A DNA stretch of 64,000 bases, taken from NCBI GenBank assembly GCA_044347345.1, contig JBIKUX010000011.1, positions 1 to 64,000 on the forward strand, given 5' to 3'. This document shows, piece by piece, positions 38,650 through 47,975 of this stretch. A model generated the notes under the pieces. It was not told where the DNA came from, searched no databases, and was given only the letters and a program-made list of their open reading frames with translations. The position numbers were made by a program, and so were the translations under genes. Numbering within the stretch: position 1 is the first letter of the stretch; each line of letters begins with the position of its first letter. This stretch comes from Bdellovibrionota bacterium (GTDB lineage Bacteria; Bdellovibrionota_C; UBA2361; JBIKUX01).

Positions 38650-41600
38650 TTAGTTTAGCCATTTATCAATACTTCGTAGACTTTCTACGCAAATATATGG
38701 AATTTTGCCAGTACGCTGAAGCGTACCTTCGGCAAAAACAAGTGAAGAAGTAAGTATTATGTGTCGCCAGTTATTAAACTTATGAGGAAGAACTACTAAA
38801 TTTATAAAACCAGTCTCATCTTCAATTGTAAGAAATAGCACTCCTTTTGCGGTGCTTGGTTTTTGTCTAATTGTTATTAATCCCGCTGTTCGAATATTTT
38901 TTGAATAATTTGGCACCGTATCGAAATCTGATAGCTGGATTGCGGTGTATGCTCCCCAAGATTGCAGACGCTCTCTTAGAATCATTAGTGGATGGTCATT
39001 TAATGAAAATCCGACCGATTTATATTGTTCTAAAAGTGAATCAGTGCGGCTTAGTAGAGGGAGACTAGCAGGCAAAGTATCTGTTACTGATAAAGCAAGA
39101 GAAGGAGGCAAGTTAGGAAGAGATTGAATTTGCCACAAAGCTTCACGGCTATTAAGGTTAAATTTAAGAAAAGCATTTGCATGTGCCAGAAGTTTTAATG
39201 TTAGGCGTATAATTTTACTGTGAGACGGCAGAGCTTCTATAAGCTGTCGCCACAAGTCTTGAATATTAAGTGGTAAACCAAATTTCTTACGATTACTGAT
39301 AATAGCTATAACTACTTTAGTGTGAATACCTTTAATTAGGTGAAACCCCAAGCGAATACTTTTTCTTCCACTTTGGTTGTCTGATTCTACGATTGTTTCC
39401 CAATCGCTAGTTAAGATGTCTATTGGTAATACGGATATATTATGACGCTTGGCATCTGCTATTAGCTGTGCTGGTGCATAAAAACCCATAGGTTGGCTAT
39501 TTAATAAAGCAGCAGTAAAATGCTCAGGATAAAAATATTTTAACCAGGCAGATATGTAAACCAGGTTAGCAAAAGAAGCAGCATGAGCCTCGGGAAAGCC
39601 ATATTCTGAGAATCCCTTTATTTGGTTTAAGCAATTGTTTGCAAAATCAGCTGAATAGCCATTTTTTATCATGCCATTAATGACGCGATCTTTAAATTGA
39701 CTTATAACTCCTTCATTTCTCTTCCAAGATGACATAGCTCTTCTAAGCTGTTCTGCTTCACCTGGAGTAAAGTTAGCAAGTACTACAGCTAATCGCATTG
39801 CTTGCTCCTGAAAAAGTGGTACTCCACAGGTCTTTCCAAGAATTTTAGCGACTGATTCATCTGGAAAATTAAAAACTTCTAATCCTGCACGACGCTTAAG
39901 ATATGGATGTACCATATTCCCCTGTATCGGCCCAGGACGAACAATCGCTACTTGAATAACTAGATCATAAAATTGCCGTGGTTGTAATCTCGGTAACATG
40001 GAAATTTGAGCTCGTGATTCAACTTGAAATACTCCTATCGAATCCCCTTGACATAACATTTCATAAACTTGCGGAACCTCTCGAGGCACCGTTTCCAAAG
40101 TCAGAAGTTCTTTATCAGTAGTTTTTTCAGCGATTGAAAAAAAAGCTCGCCTTATGCATGACAGCATACCTAAAGCTAAAATATCGATTTTTAAAATACC
40201 TAGTCTTTCAATGTCATCTTTATCCCACTCAATAATGGTTCTTCCTGGCATTGTTGCGGGTACAATTGGAACTATATCGCTTAATGGTGATGATGAAACA
40301 ATAAAGCCACCTACATGTTGAGAGCGATGGCGAGGAAATCCTAAAAGAGCATTGCTTAGAGATACTAGACGTCGAATCAAAGGTAAATCAAAATTTAGTC
40401 CCAATTTAGTAAGAGCTTCTTCATCTATTTTGTTATCTGTCCAATTGTGGATAGATTTGGCAACTATATTGATTAATTCAGGAGCTATGCCAAGGACACG
40501 GCCTACATCACGAATAGCACTTTTGTGTCGATAGGTGACAATTTCAGCGGTAAGAGCCGTATGGCGACGTCCATATTTTTCAAACAAATATTGAATTACT
40601 TCCTCTCTCCTTTCATGTTCAAAATCTATATCAATATCCGGAGGCTCATTGCGTTCACGACTTATAAAACGTCCGAATAAAAGATCGATTTTTGTTGGAT
40701 CAACTGAGGTAATACCAAGGCAGAAGCAAACAGCCGAGTTTGCTGCTGCACCTCTTCCTTGATGAAGTATTTTCCGCGAACGAGCAAATTGAACGATATC
40801 AAAACATGTTAAAAAAAATTTTTCGTAATTTAGTTCTTGAATAATTTTAAGTTCATCTTCTATTAGTTTTTTTACAGAAGAAGGAACTACTTGGTGATAC
40901 TTTTTGTTTGCACCTTTATAAACTAATTTTTTAAGGTATTTTAGTGGTGAGTAGTTTTTTGGACATTCAGGCGCAGGATATTCATATTTAAGCTGGTCTA
41001 ATGAAAATGCAGAAAGAGTATTTGCAATTATGAGAGAGTTATCTAGAGCATTATCAATCTTATGAAAGCGCTCTCTGATATCTGCGATTTGATGAAGATA
41101 TCTTTCAGAATTTGGTTCAAGTAAATCTCCAGCAGTATAAATGGTGCATTTCTCTCTTATACAAGTAAGAATATCATGAAGTGGTTTTCGTTCCGGTATA
41201 TGATATATAACGTTGCCAGTAGCTACTAGCGGAATAAAAGTATCAGTGGCAAGCAATTTAGCAATACGAAAAACATATGTGTCATCTGAGTTTAAAGATA
41301 CAGATAATCCAAGTGAAAATAACGAATTTTCTGAGCAGTACGATTTAATAGTAGTGACTAAATTTAATATTGCTTTATAAGAAAGAAAATTATTTGTTGG
41401 TCCTAGTATTTCGCGTAAAGGAAGAATAATAACTCCTTCTTCACTAAATTCCTTTAGTGATATAAGAGATGGTGTAATACTACTACAATGGTATTCAGTA
41501 ATTAAAGAAGATAATAAGGCATAGCCCTTTGGTGTTTTTGGATATAACAAGAAATAAGGCGTAGCACTTGTTACGCTTATATTAGTTATATGATTATTTA

Positions 41601-41859
41601 TATTTTTTGTATTATTAGTGTCGGATAGATAAAGTTGACAATTAACAGGAATGCTTGCTCCGACAATTAAGGAGATACCATAGCGTTGTGCAGCATCATA
41701 AGCCCTTACTATGCCTCCTAATGAACAACGATCAGTAATGGCGATGGCCTTATAACCAAGATTTGCTGCTTGTTCAACATACTCTTCTGGATGGCTAGCG
41801 CCATAAAGAAAAGAGTAATTGGTAGTAGTATGAAGCTCTGCATATTGAAGATCAGTCAT
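38650..41859 (-). CDS. dnaE2: Error-prone DNA polymerase III alpha (DnaE2/ImuC)
   Basis: PHP domain ELH..NYSFL.GASHPEE, GRGAAANS, PPDIDIDFEHERREE, QHVGG, FQVESRAQ, YGFPEAH, NSQPMGFY; follows imuA and imuB. Confidence 0.96.
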   Translation of the reverse strand: MTDLQYAELHTTTNYSFLYGASHPEEYVEQAANLGYKAIAITDRCSLGGIVRAYDAAQRYGISLIVGASIPVNCQLYLSDTNNTKNINNHITNISVTSATPYFLLYPKTPKGYALLSSLITEYHCSSITPSLISLKEFSEEGVIILPLREILGPTNNFLSYKAILNLVTTIKSYCSENSLFSLGLSVSLNSDDTYVFRIAKLLATDTFIPLVATGNVIYHIPERKPLHDILTCIREKCTIYTAGDLLEPNSERYLHQIADIRERFHKIDNALDNSLIIANTLSAFSLDQLKYEYPAPECPKNYSPLKYLKKLVYKGANKKYHQVVPSSVKKLIEDELKIIQELNYEKFFLTCFDIVQFARSRKILHQGRGAAANSAVCFCLGITSVDPTKIDLLFGRFISRERNEPPDIDIDFEHERREEVIQYLFEKYGRRHTALTAEIVTYRHKSAIRDVGRVLGIAPELINIVAKSIHNWTDNKIDEEALTKLGLNFDLPLIRRLVSLSNALLGFPRHRSQHVGGFIVSSSPLSDIVPIVPATMPGRTIIEWDKDDIERLGILKIDILALGMLSCIRRAFFSIAEKTTDKELLTLETVPREVPQVYEMLCQGDSIGVFQVESRAQISMLPRLQPRQFYDLVIQVAIVRPGPIQGNMVHPYLKRRAGLEVFNFPDESVAKILGKTCGVPLFQEQAMRLAVVLANFTPGEAEQLRRAMSSWKRNEGVISQFKDRVINGMIKNGYSADFANNCLNQIKGFSEYGFPEAHAASFANLVYISAWLKYFYPEHFTAALLNSQPMGFYAPAQLIADAKRHNISVLPIDILTSDWETIVESDNQSGRKSIRLGFHLIKGIHTKVVIAIISNRKKFGLPLNIQDLWRQLIEALPSHSKIIRLTLKLLAHANAFLKFNLNSREALWQIQSLPNLPPSLALSVTDTLPASLPLLSRTDSLLEQYKSVGFSLNDHPLMILRERLQSWGAYTAIQLSDFDTVPNYSKNIRTAGLITIRQKPSTAKGVLFLTIEDETGFINLVVLPHKFNNWRHIILTSSLVFAEGTLQRTGKIPYICVESLRSIDKWLN

Positions 41860-41876
41860 AGTTCAAAAAAGGTCTA

Positions 41877-43514
41877 CTACCACCATATTCCTTGTATAAG
41901 CCATTTATCTAAGAAAGATGATTTTCTATAAATCCATAACCATAGACCATCTGTTGTTTGCATTTTATAATACTCTCGATGTATGACTTTTGTTCCGTAT
42001 TCCCAATTTGGTAGATTCCACCATTCTTCATTTATTTTTTTTGGGCCTTTTATAACGTATATTTTATGTTTTTGATTACGCCATATAAACTGTGTAAAAA
42101 GTTCTTTATTTGAATCTTTAACTATTTTTATAGGCTCAGGAGATTCCAATAAAACTGGCGGATATGATTCGTTTAAAAAATTTGACGATAAACTATGCGA
42201 AGGTTTTTCTATTGAGCGTATAAATTTACTTCTTTTTTCTGGAAGCCAAGTATTAGTAAAGCTTGCGGAGCATATTTGAGATGCATCAAAAGCGGCAGTT
42301 AAAGAATCCATTAAGCGTTTTGTGTCTTCATGAATTAATGATTCTCCATTTAAATCAAATTGAAGATGGATTAAATCTACTACATCCATCCCTTCTAGAT
42401 AAATTTGTTTTACTGGTGATTGTGGGTGAGATCGTTCTATTAGAGGAATAAGAATTTCATTTAGATATTTCTTAACTTGGTTAGGTTTTTGTAATGAAGG
42501 CAGAGCAGTTAATCTACAAACTATTTTATGATGATCGTTTTGTTTTTTTCTGACATTTATTGAGTTTTCTATACAAAACGGAGGTGGCTCAGTTATGAAT
42601 TTTATAGAAAAGCTTGATGTGTATTTTCCATCGTTAGTAATTTTTCCTAAAAGTTTGGTAATAAGGTGAGTTAAAGATAAGACAATATCCTTTACTAAAA
42701 TAATTGGTGGATCAAATTTAAGTTTACTTTTATATAATAAAGGTTTTTGCACCGAAGGAAGTAATTCATGCGCCGCACCGGTTAAGTAATTAAGAGCAAT
42801 AATAACTTCTTTTCCAAAACGGTGATAAATACTATTTCGATTAATAGATAAAAGTTGACTAATTTTACATATCCCAAATTCATTTATTTCAACTACTTTT
42901 TGCTCTGGTATACGAAGTGCTTGTATTGGTAAATCGTTGATGAGAGACATTAATTCGTGAGAATTTGTAGTTACTATAGAATTAGTTTGAAATCTAGCAA
43001 GAGCCCAGCTTGCACCTGTTGTTGTAGTAATAGCTATTTGTGCAGTAATTGATAGTGTTTGAAAAGCATTTTGAAGTGAATTAGCAAGATATTCCCAAGA
43101 AGAGTAAAGTTTAGAACATCCAGTTAAGTCTATTAATAAACCATTATATAAAGGGCTAGGGATAACTCTTAATGAATAGGCTTTTTGGCGTTGTTTGTCT
43201 ATTGATACAATGGGAGAAATACTAAGAAGCGCTTGTGCTGTGCGCTCAAGAATTAAAAAGTCATCATCAAGATTATATGGTAATGAAATTAATAAAAAAT
43301 TGCAGGAAGTGCTTTTAGCATAAGCGAGATCTAAACTAGAGCCAATTTTTATATCACAAGACTCTGCTATAGAGTTAGTTCGTACTACATTAAACCCTGA
43401 ATTGCTTGGTTCAATTAATATTACTGGCGCTGTATCTGAGATATTTTTTTCTCTTATTTCAGAGTGAATTTCTGTAGACCAATACGGAAAATATAACCCT
43501 AAAAAAACTCGCAT
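41877..43514 (-). CDS. imuB: ImuB, inactive Y-family polymerase
   Basis: IDLTGC..L, ASWALAR, LPIQALR, clamp-like QFDL, C-terminal EEWW..REYY..LWIYR..W..QG. Confidence 0.85.
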   Translation of the reverse strand: MRVFLGLYFPYWSTEIHSEIREKNISDTAPVILIEPSNSGFNVVRTNSIAESCDIKIGSSLDLAYAKSTSCNFLLISLPYNLDDDFLILERTAQALLSISPIVSIDKQRQKAYSLRVIPSPLYNGLLIDLTGCSKLYSSWEYLANSLQNAFQTLSITAQIAITTTTGASWALARFQTNSIVTTNSHELMSLINDLPIQALRIPEQKVVEINEFGICKISQLLSINRNSIYHRFGKEVIIALNYLTGAAHELLPSVQKPLLYKSKLKFDPPIILVKDIVLSLTHLITKLLGKITNDGKYTSSFSIKFITEPPPFCIENSINVRKKQNDHHKIVCRLTALPSLQKPNQVKKYLNEILIPLIERSHPQSPVKQIYLEGMDVVDLIHLQFDLNGESLIHEDTKRLMDSLTAAFDASQICSASFTNTWLPEKRSKFIRSIEKPSHSLSSNFLNESYPPVLLESPEPIKIVKDSNKELFTQFIWRNQKHKIYVIKGPKKINEEWWNLPNWEYGTKVIHREYYKMQTTDGLWLWIYRKSSFLDKWLIQGIWW

Positions 43515-43525
43515 ATAATTACATA

Positions 43526-44389
43526 TTATTTAAAATGTAATTTATGGCAGACTTGCCAAATAGTGCGAGATGGCTGTATCCCTTTTTTTCTTTGTAATTT
43601 TATATCCCATGAGGGATATAAATTATTATAAGGCTTTGTTGTTAGACCGGTAGGAGAAACTTCCCATCTTGTATTTGCAGCACTTTGCGCTGTTCTTTCT
43701 TGCCATGGTCGAATAATAAACCCAATACTACCGCTATTGGCTGCGGCTTGTTGCAAAATTAAGCTTTCTTTAAATAATAAATTGCTTATTGAGCTGATAA
43801 CTAAACTAACAGCAGGAGATGAAAGTAAAGTCCGCAAAGTATTTAATTTTTCTTTACGATTTTTTATTTTTATAAAAAGTACATGATTAAAAATGTCTTC
43901 CGAATAAGTTTTATTATGAATCTGTGTATAAAAAAGATTATATACTGAAGCTAAAAATAATGGTGAAGGCCAAGTATCTTCTCCGAGCCATATAATTTTT
44001 TTTGTGTTATTTGTGTGAGATGAAGTTGGTTGACAAGCTAAATATACACTACAAGCTATTACAGCCATTACCCCTCTAGGTAGTTCTGTAACACTTTTGA
44101 TGTGAGTATTGTTACTTATCCATTCATGAATAGTCCCCTTGTTTAGATACGCTGTCATTTCTCGTAAATCATTAATTTCTCGTAAATCATTAATTTTTAG
44201 GTCGACTTTATTTTGAGAATTTTCTTGTATCGGGTCGTTTTCTGACAAATTTTTGTTGGGTATATAGTAATTAAATTCTTTACTAGCATTTTTTGGCCAT
44301 ACATGTTCTCCGTGCCATATAATCCCCTTTTTAATTAAGGAATCTATAACTGGCGACAGAGTTGATTTTGATAAAATATCAGTATCCAT
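43526..44389 (-). CDS. imuA: Divergent ImuA (RecA-like)
   Basis: GTIHEW, LQQAA, SAANTRWEV; first gene of the imuABC cassette. Confidence 0.75.
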   Translation of the reverse strand: MDTDILSKSTLSPVIDSLIKKGIIWHGEHVWPKNASKEFNYYIPNKNLSENDPIQENSQNKVDLKINDLREINDLREMTAYLNKGTIHEWISNNTHIKSVTELPRGVMAVIACSVYLACQPTSSHTNNTKKIIWLGEDTWPSPLFLASVYNLFYTQIHNKTYSEDIFNHVLFIKIKNRKEKLNTLRTLLSSPAVSLVISSISNLLFKESLILQQAAANSGSIGFIIRPWQERTAQSAANTRWEVSPTGLTTKPYNNLYPSWDIKLQRKKGIQPSRTIWQVCHKLHFK

Positions 44390-44820
44390 AATAAAAGAGA
44401 GTTCTAGCTAAAGAGTTTTCGTACAAAACAAGAAAAAGTATCTGTAATTAAATAACCGCATTTATAAAAACTTATATTTTACAAGCATTATTTATTTTTT
44501 TGTTGCGTAAGAGACTCTCATAGATTCTATTAAAATTCTATATCTAAAAAAACTAAAATTCAAGTTACTTTGAGAATATGAGGTAATTCTCATTAATAAA
44601 TCTCCCATCAAGCAATCTCTTAGGCTAACGGAGTAAAAGCTAATGGATTAGGAAGAACCTTAGAGGTAGTAGGAGTAGGACTTGTTAGAGGAGTTAAACG
44701 TTAGGAAGGAGAGATAAAAAGCCTGTAATATAAAGAGAAGAGATATTACTACATATCCAATTCTCCTTACTCAGATAAACGGCTTATTATAAACTGTAAT
44801 GACCCCAAAATAGTTGGTAA

Positions 44821-45168
44821 CTATCCGTTGAATGAGCCCCAAGCCGCCCAGCCCGCCTGGTTAATCTTATACTTATCACCGACTTTTTCTACCGTTTGCG
44901 TTTTCACTAAGCCATCTAGCAGACTCTGTAGACCGACTAACTGATCGGTTCCTAATTGAAGATTTTGTTGGTTTTGCAACTTAAGAACGGTAAACCATTC
45001 ATCCGGAGTACGAGCTTTGGAGCTACCCTGAATGTCGATAGCCGACATTAGACCCAATAGGTATTCCATTTGAGGAACCGTAACGGGTGCTGTTGTTGGC
45101 AGGTTCTTTGCTGCGTTCGTTACTGCGTTTCTTTGTTGATGGTTCAGGGACATAAGATACCAATCCAT
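44821..45168 (-). CDS. Hypothetical protein, possible winged-helix C-terminus
   Basis: 115 aa ORF; LLDGLVKTQTVEKVGDKYKINQAG resembles a recognition helix plus wing. Confidence 0.6.
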   Translation of the reverse strand: MDWYLMSLNHQQRNAVTNAAKNLPTTAPVTVPQMEYLLGLMSAIDIQGSSKARTPDEWFTVLKLQNQQNLQLGTDQLVGLQSLLDGLVKTQTVEKVGDKYKINQAGWAAWGSFNG

Positions 45169-45229
45169 GAATAACTTAGCGTTGAATGATCATTTATAAA
45201 TAAAGTGATAGAGTCAATAGCACGGCAAT

Positions 45230-46885
45230 TTAGTTGGTATCTGTTATTTCTTTAATTTCTTTGCCAATTAGAGGTAAGTAACTAGCTACTTCATAGACAA
45301 AGCTATCAATGTCTCCAACTGGTAGAAGGATAACTCGGTGAGTATCTCCTTTTGTCAAAGATGATATTTGAGCAGGTAACTCACCAATCCACTGATCAGT
45401 TAAAGTATTAATTCGATCATAATGGTCAGTGCATTGATGATATGCAGTAATATCAGTGCTTTGACTACACATATCGCTCATTCCATCATGGCGAATAATA
45501 GCAATAACAATCCAAAGAGGACGATTGCCGGCAACTTTAAATATTGAAGAAAACGCTCGGTTAATATCACGACGAACAGGTAAGGATATTTGTCCAGAAG
45601 AAAGCTCTAATAATGGCGAGCCTCCTCGGCCATAAGGGTAATCACCGAGAATAATAAGAGCTAAAGCTAGCTCGTCACTGTTCTCTGATATATCACTAAA
45701 TAGAGTAGATTCAGCTTCAGATAAAATGCTAGGAAGTGATGCAACATGATTAGAAGACCGCACCTTGCTCCATAGAGCAGCTCGAGTGGACACAGTTGTC
45801 GTTGTTAAAGATGTCGGTGTTAAAGTTGATTTATCAGGGATAATATCTGGAAATGAGTCATTGTGACCAATAAGTCTCTCGCCGTTTATGCCCCAAGATT
45901 GTGGGGGAAAAACATAAGGAGCTACTTTTACACTTGGAAGGAGAGAACCTGTTAGTGTGGTGCCGTATTCTACCGGCGGAATCTGTTTTTGCATCCAATT
46001 TTGGTAATCAACGCTAAAAGTAGCTTCTCTAGCCGCAGCATAGCAGTAAACGTCACTAATGCCGCTATCTGGTTGCGGAACAACATCAAGCATAGCGGCA
46101 GCATTTGAGATAGGTACAATTTTTCCAGCCTGATCTGGCCCAGCAAATACGGAACTTATAGTACCGGGTAAATTGGCAAGATATTCGTGAATCGAAAAAA
46201 CTCCCTCTTTAACTGCTGAAAAAAGTGGATTAAAGCATTGTTGAGTGAGGGTGTGTTTCAAATGTTGAGATATTGGACAATTTCTTTCAGCACAAATGGA
46301 TTGTGCTGCTCTTAAAAAATAACTAGCGGGAGGCCATGAAGTAGATGGTGCTGGGGAATTTTGTTGTACTCGCTTCCACCTAGCAAAAGGACTATCGTTT
46401 TGCTCAATCTGAAGCTCTCCAAAAAAACTCCCTGAATCAAAATCTGGTCCCATGTATGAGCTGGTGTCGAGAAATGTAAATACCTTACGAGGATGTACTT
46501 GAACTTGCTTTTTAATCGGAATAGCTAAAGCTTTATTGATAAGGCCTAATGAAGGGGCAAAGGTTGCTTTATATACTGTCACTGACAATATGCCACTTAT
46601 TGGCGAGTATTTAATTTGTATATTCTCAGGACTAATAAGTTTGCTATCGACAAGAAGCTTGAGAGCGGCTTCTTTTGCAAGTTCTTGAAATGGTAAGAGT
46701 CTCGCCCCATATATGGCTGCCTCGCGTACTAAAGATTCTGTAACTATTGATTCATATCTGATTTTCTCAATACTAAGAACTATGACTCCCCCTACTAATG
46801 TCGTAATTACCAGAAGGGCTATTATGGCTGGAGCAAAAGCTCCGCCAGTGATACTTTGTTTACTCACGATTAATTGTATTCTCAC
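45230..46885 (-). CDS. TadG-like protein (pilin-like N-terminus plus degenerate vWA domain)
   Basis: GAFAPAIIALL..hydrophobic helix..EAAIYGA as in Tad pseudopilins; FLDTSSYM resembles a vWA DxSxS. Confidence 0.55.
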   Translation of the reverse strand: MRIQLIVSKQSITGGAFAPAIIALLVITTLVGGVIVLSIEKIRYESIVTESLVREAAIYGARLLPFQELAKEAALKLLVDSKLISPENIQIKYSPISGILSVTVYKATFAPSLGLINKALAIPIKKQVQVHPRKVFTFLDTSSYMGPDFDSGSFFGELQIEQNDSPFARWKRVQQNSPAPSTSWPPASYFLRAAQSICAERNCPISQHLKHTLTQQCFNPLFSAVKEGVFSIHEYLANLPGTISSVFAGPDQAGKIVPISNAAAMLDVVPQPDSGISDVYCYAAAREATFSVDYQNWMQKQIPPVEYGTTLTGSLLPSVKVAPYVFPPQSWGINGERLIGHNDSFPDIIPDKSTLTPTSLTTTTVSTRAALWSKVRSSNHVASLPSILSEAESTLFSDISENSDELALALIILGDYPYGRGGSPLLELSSGQISLPVRRDINRAFSSIFKVAGNRPLWIVIAIIRHDGMSDMCSQSTDITAYHQCTDHYDRINTLTDQWIGELPAQISSLTKGDTHRVILLPVGDIDSFVYEVASYLPLIGKEIKEITDTN

Positions 46886-46993
46886 TTTTTTAAACAGATA
46901 TATTCATAAAAATATAACTCCTGTTTACTAAATAAAGGAGAGTGCATTTTTCTTTTCTCCCTAGGAATAAGAATTGAGTGCCGAGCTGAACAG

Positions 46994-47965
46994 GTGCAAG
47001 GTTATTTTTTAACTATGTCAAAAGAAAAGATTCAATTCATCTCGTATTTGACCATTAGAGCGATAATATCTTTATTTTTAATTATCCCACATGAAATACG
47101 GCTGCGTTTACTCGGTTTTTCATGCTGGATGTTTCTTAAGTTTAGTAAACAATATAGGACTATATGTTTTTACAATTTAAGACAGGTTTTTCCAGAGAAT
47201 ACATTAAGGCAGAATACTCAGCTACTTAGAAAATCATGTAAAAGTATAGGCCGCCTTATAAGTGATTCTCTTCGTCTACCAAAATTATCTGCTTCATGGT
47301 GTGAAAAGAACATAAATTTTTCCAATCGTGCAGATTTACGACTAGTTGAAGAGAAAAAATCTCCTATTTTATTTGTTAGCGGTCATATAGGCAGTTTTGA
47401 GTTATTGGGTCATTACCTCGGTATAATAGGCCATCCAGTAGCTGTTGTGGCTCGAAGCTTTAAAAATCCTTATTTGGATGAGTATTTTCGCAATATACGT
47501 ACAGGGAGTGGTAATACAGTTATCGCAAGAAATGGAGCAGTGCGAAGGCTAGTTTCGGCGCTTAATAGCGGAAGATCCGTGGCACTTCTTGCCGATCAAA
47601 ATGTTACAAGAAAACACGCTGTCTTTGTAGAATGGTTTGGACGCTCGGCTGCAACCTCAGTAGCACCTGCTATAGCTGCATTACGCTCGCCCTGCCTGAT
47701 TTATATTATATCAATCGAATATAGACATTCACGCTACGAGATTGTTATGACTCCTTGTCCAGTAGACGATATCACTAAATCACATGAAATAACTGAAGAT
47801 GAAAAAATTAAAAGTATAACGGCCAGAGTGAGCAATATTCTCTGTGACCATATTCGTAGTTATCCTGAGGGCTGGTTTTGGATGCATCGTCGTTGGAAAA
47901 CAGTACCAGAGGGACAGCAAGAGGATTTTTATGAGAAAAGTCCTAAAGTAGCGTCACTAAAATAG
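46994..47965 (+). CDS. lpxL: Lipid A late acyltransferase LpxL/HtrB family (likely start ATG 47015)
   Basis: HIGSFE, LADQ, FG..A.T, PEGWFWMHRRWK. Confidence 0.88.
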   Translation: MQGYFLTMSKEKIQFISYLTIRAIISLFLIIPHEIRLRLLGFSCWMFLKFSKQYRTICFYNLRQVFPENTLRQNTQLLRKSCKSIGRLISDSLRLPKLSASWCEKNINFSNRADLRLVEEKKSPILFVSGHIGSFELLGHYLGIIGHPVAVVARSFKNPYLDEYFRNIRTGSGNTVIARNGAVRRLVSALNSGRSVALLADQNVTRKHAVFVEWFGRSAATSVAPAIAALRSPCLIYIISIEYRHSRYEIVMTPCPVDDITKSHEITEDEKIKSITARVSNILCDHIRSYPEGWFWMHRRWKTVPEGQQEDFYEKSPKVASLK

Positions 47966-47975
47966 TCTTTGCTAC

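Noticed and set aside
44390-44470. Canonical LexA box upstream of imuA
   Set aside because: I found no match to CTGT-N8-ACAG, GAAC-N4-GTTC or GTTC-N7-GTTC; only a weak palindrome is present.
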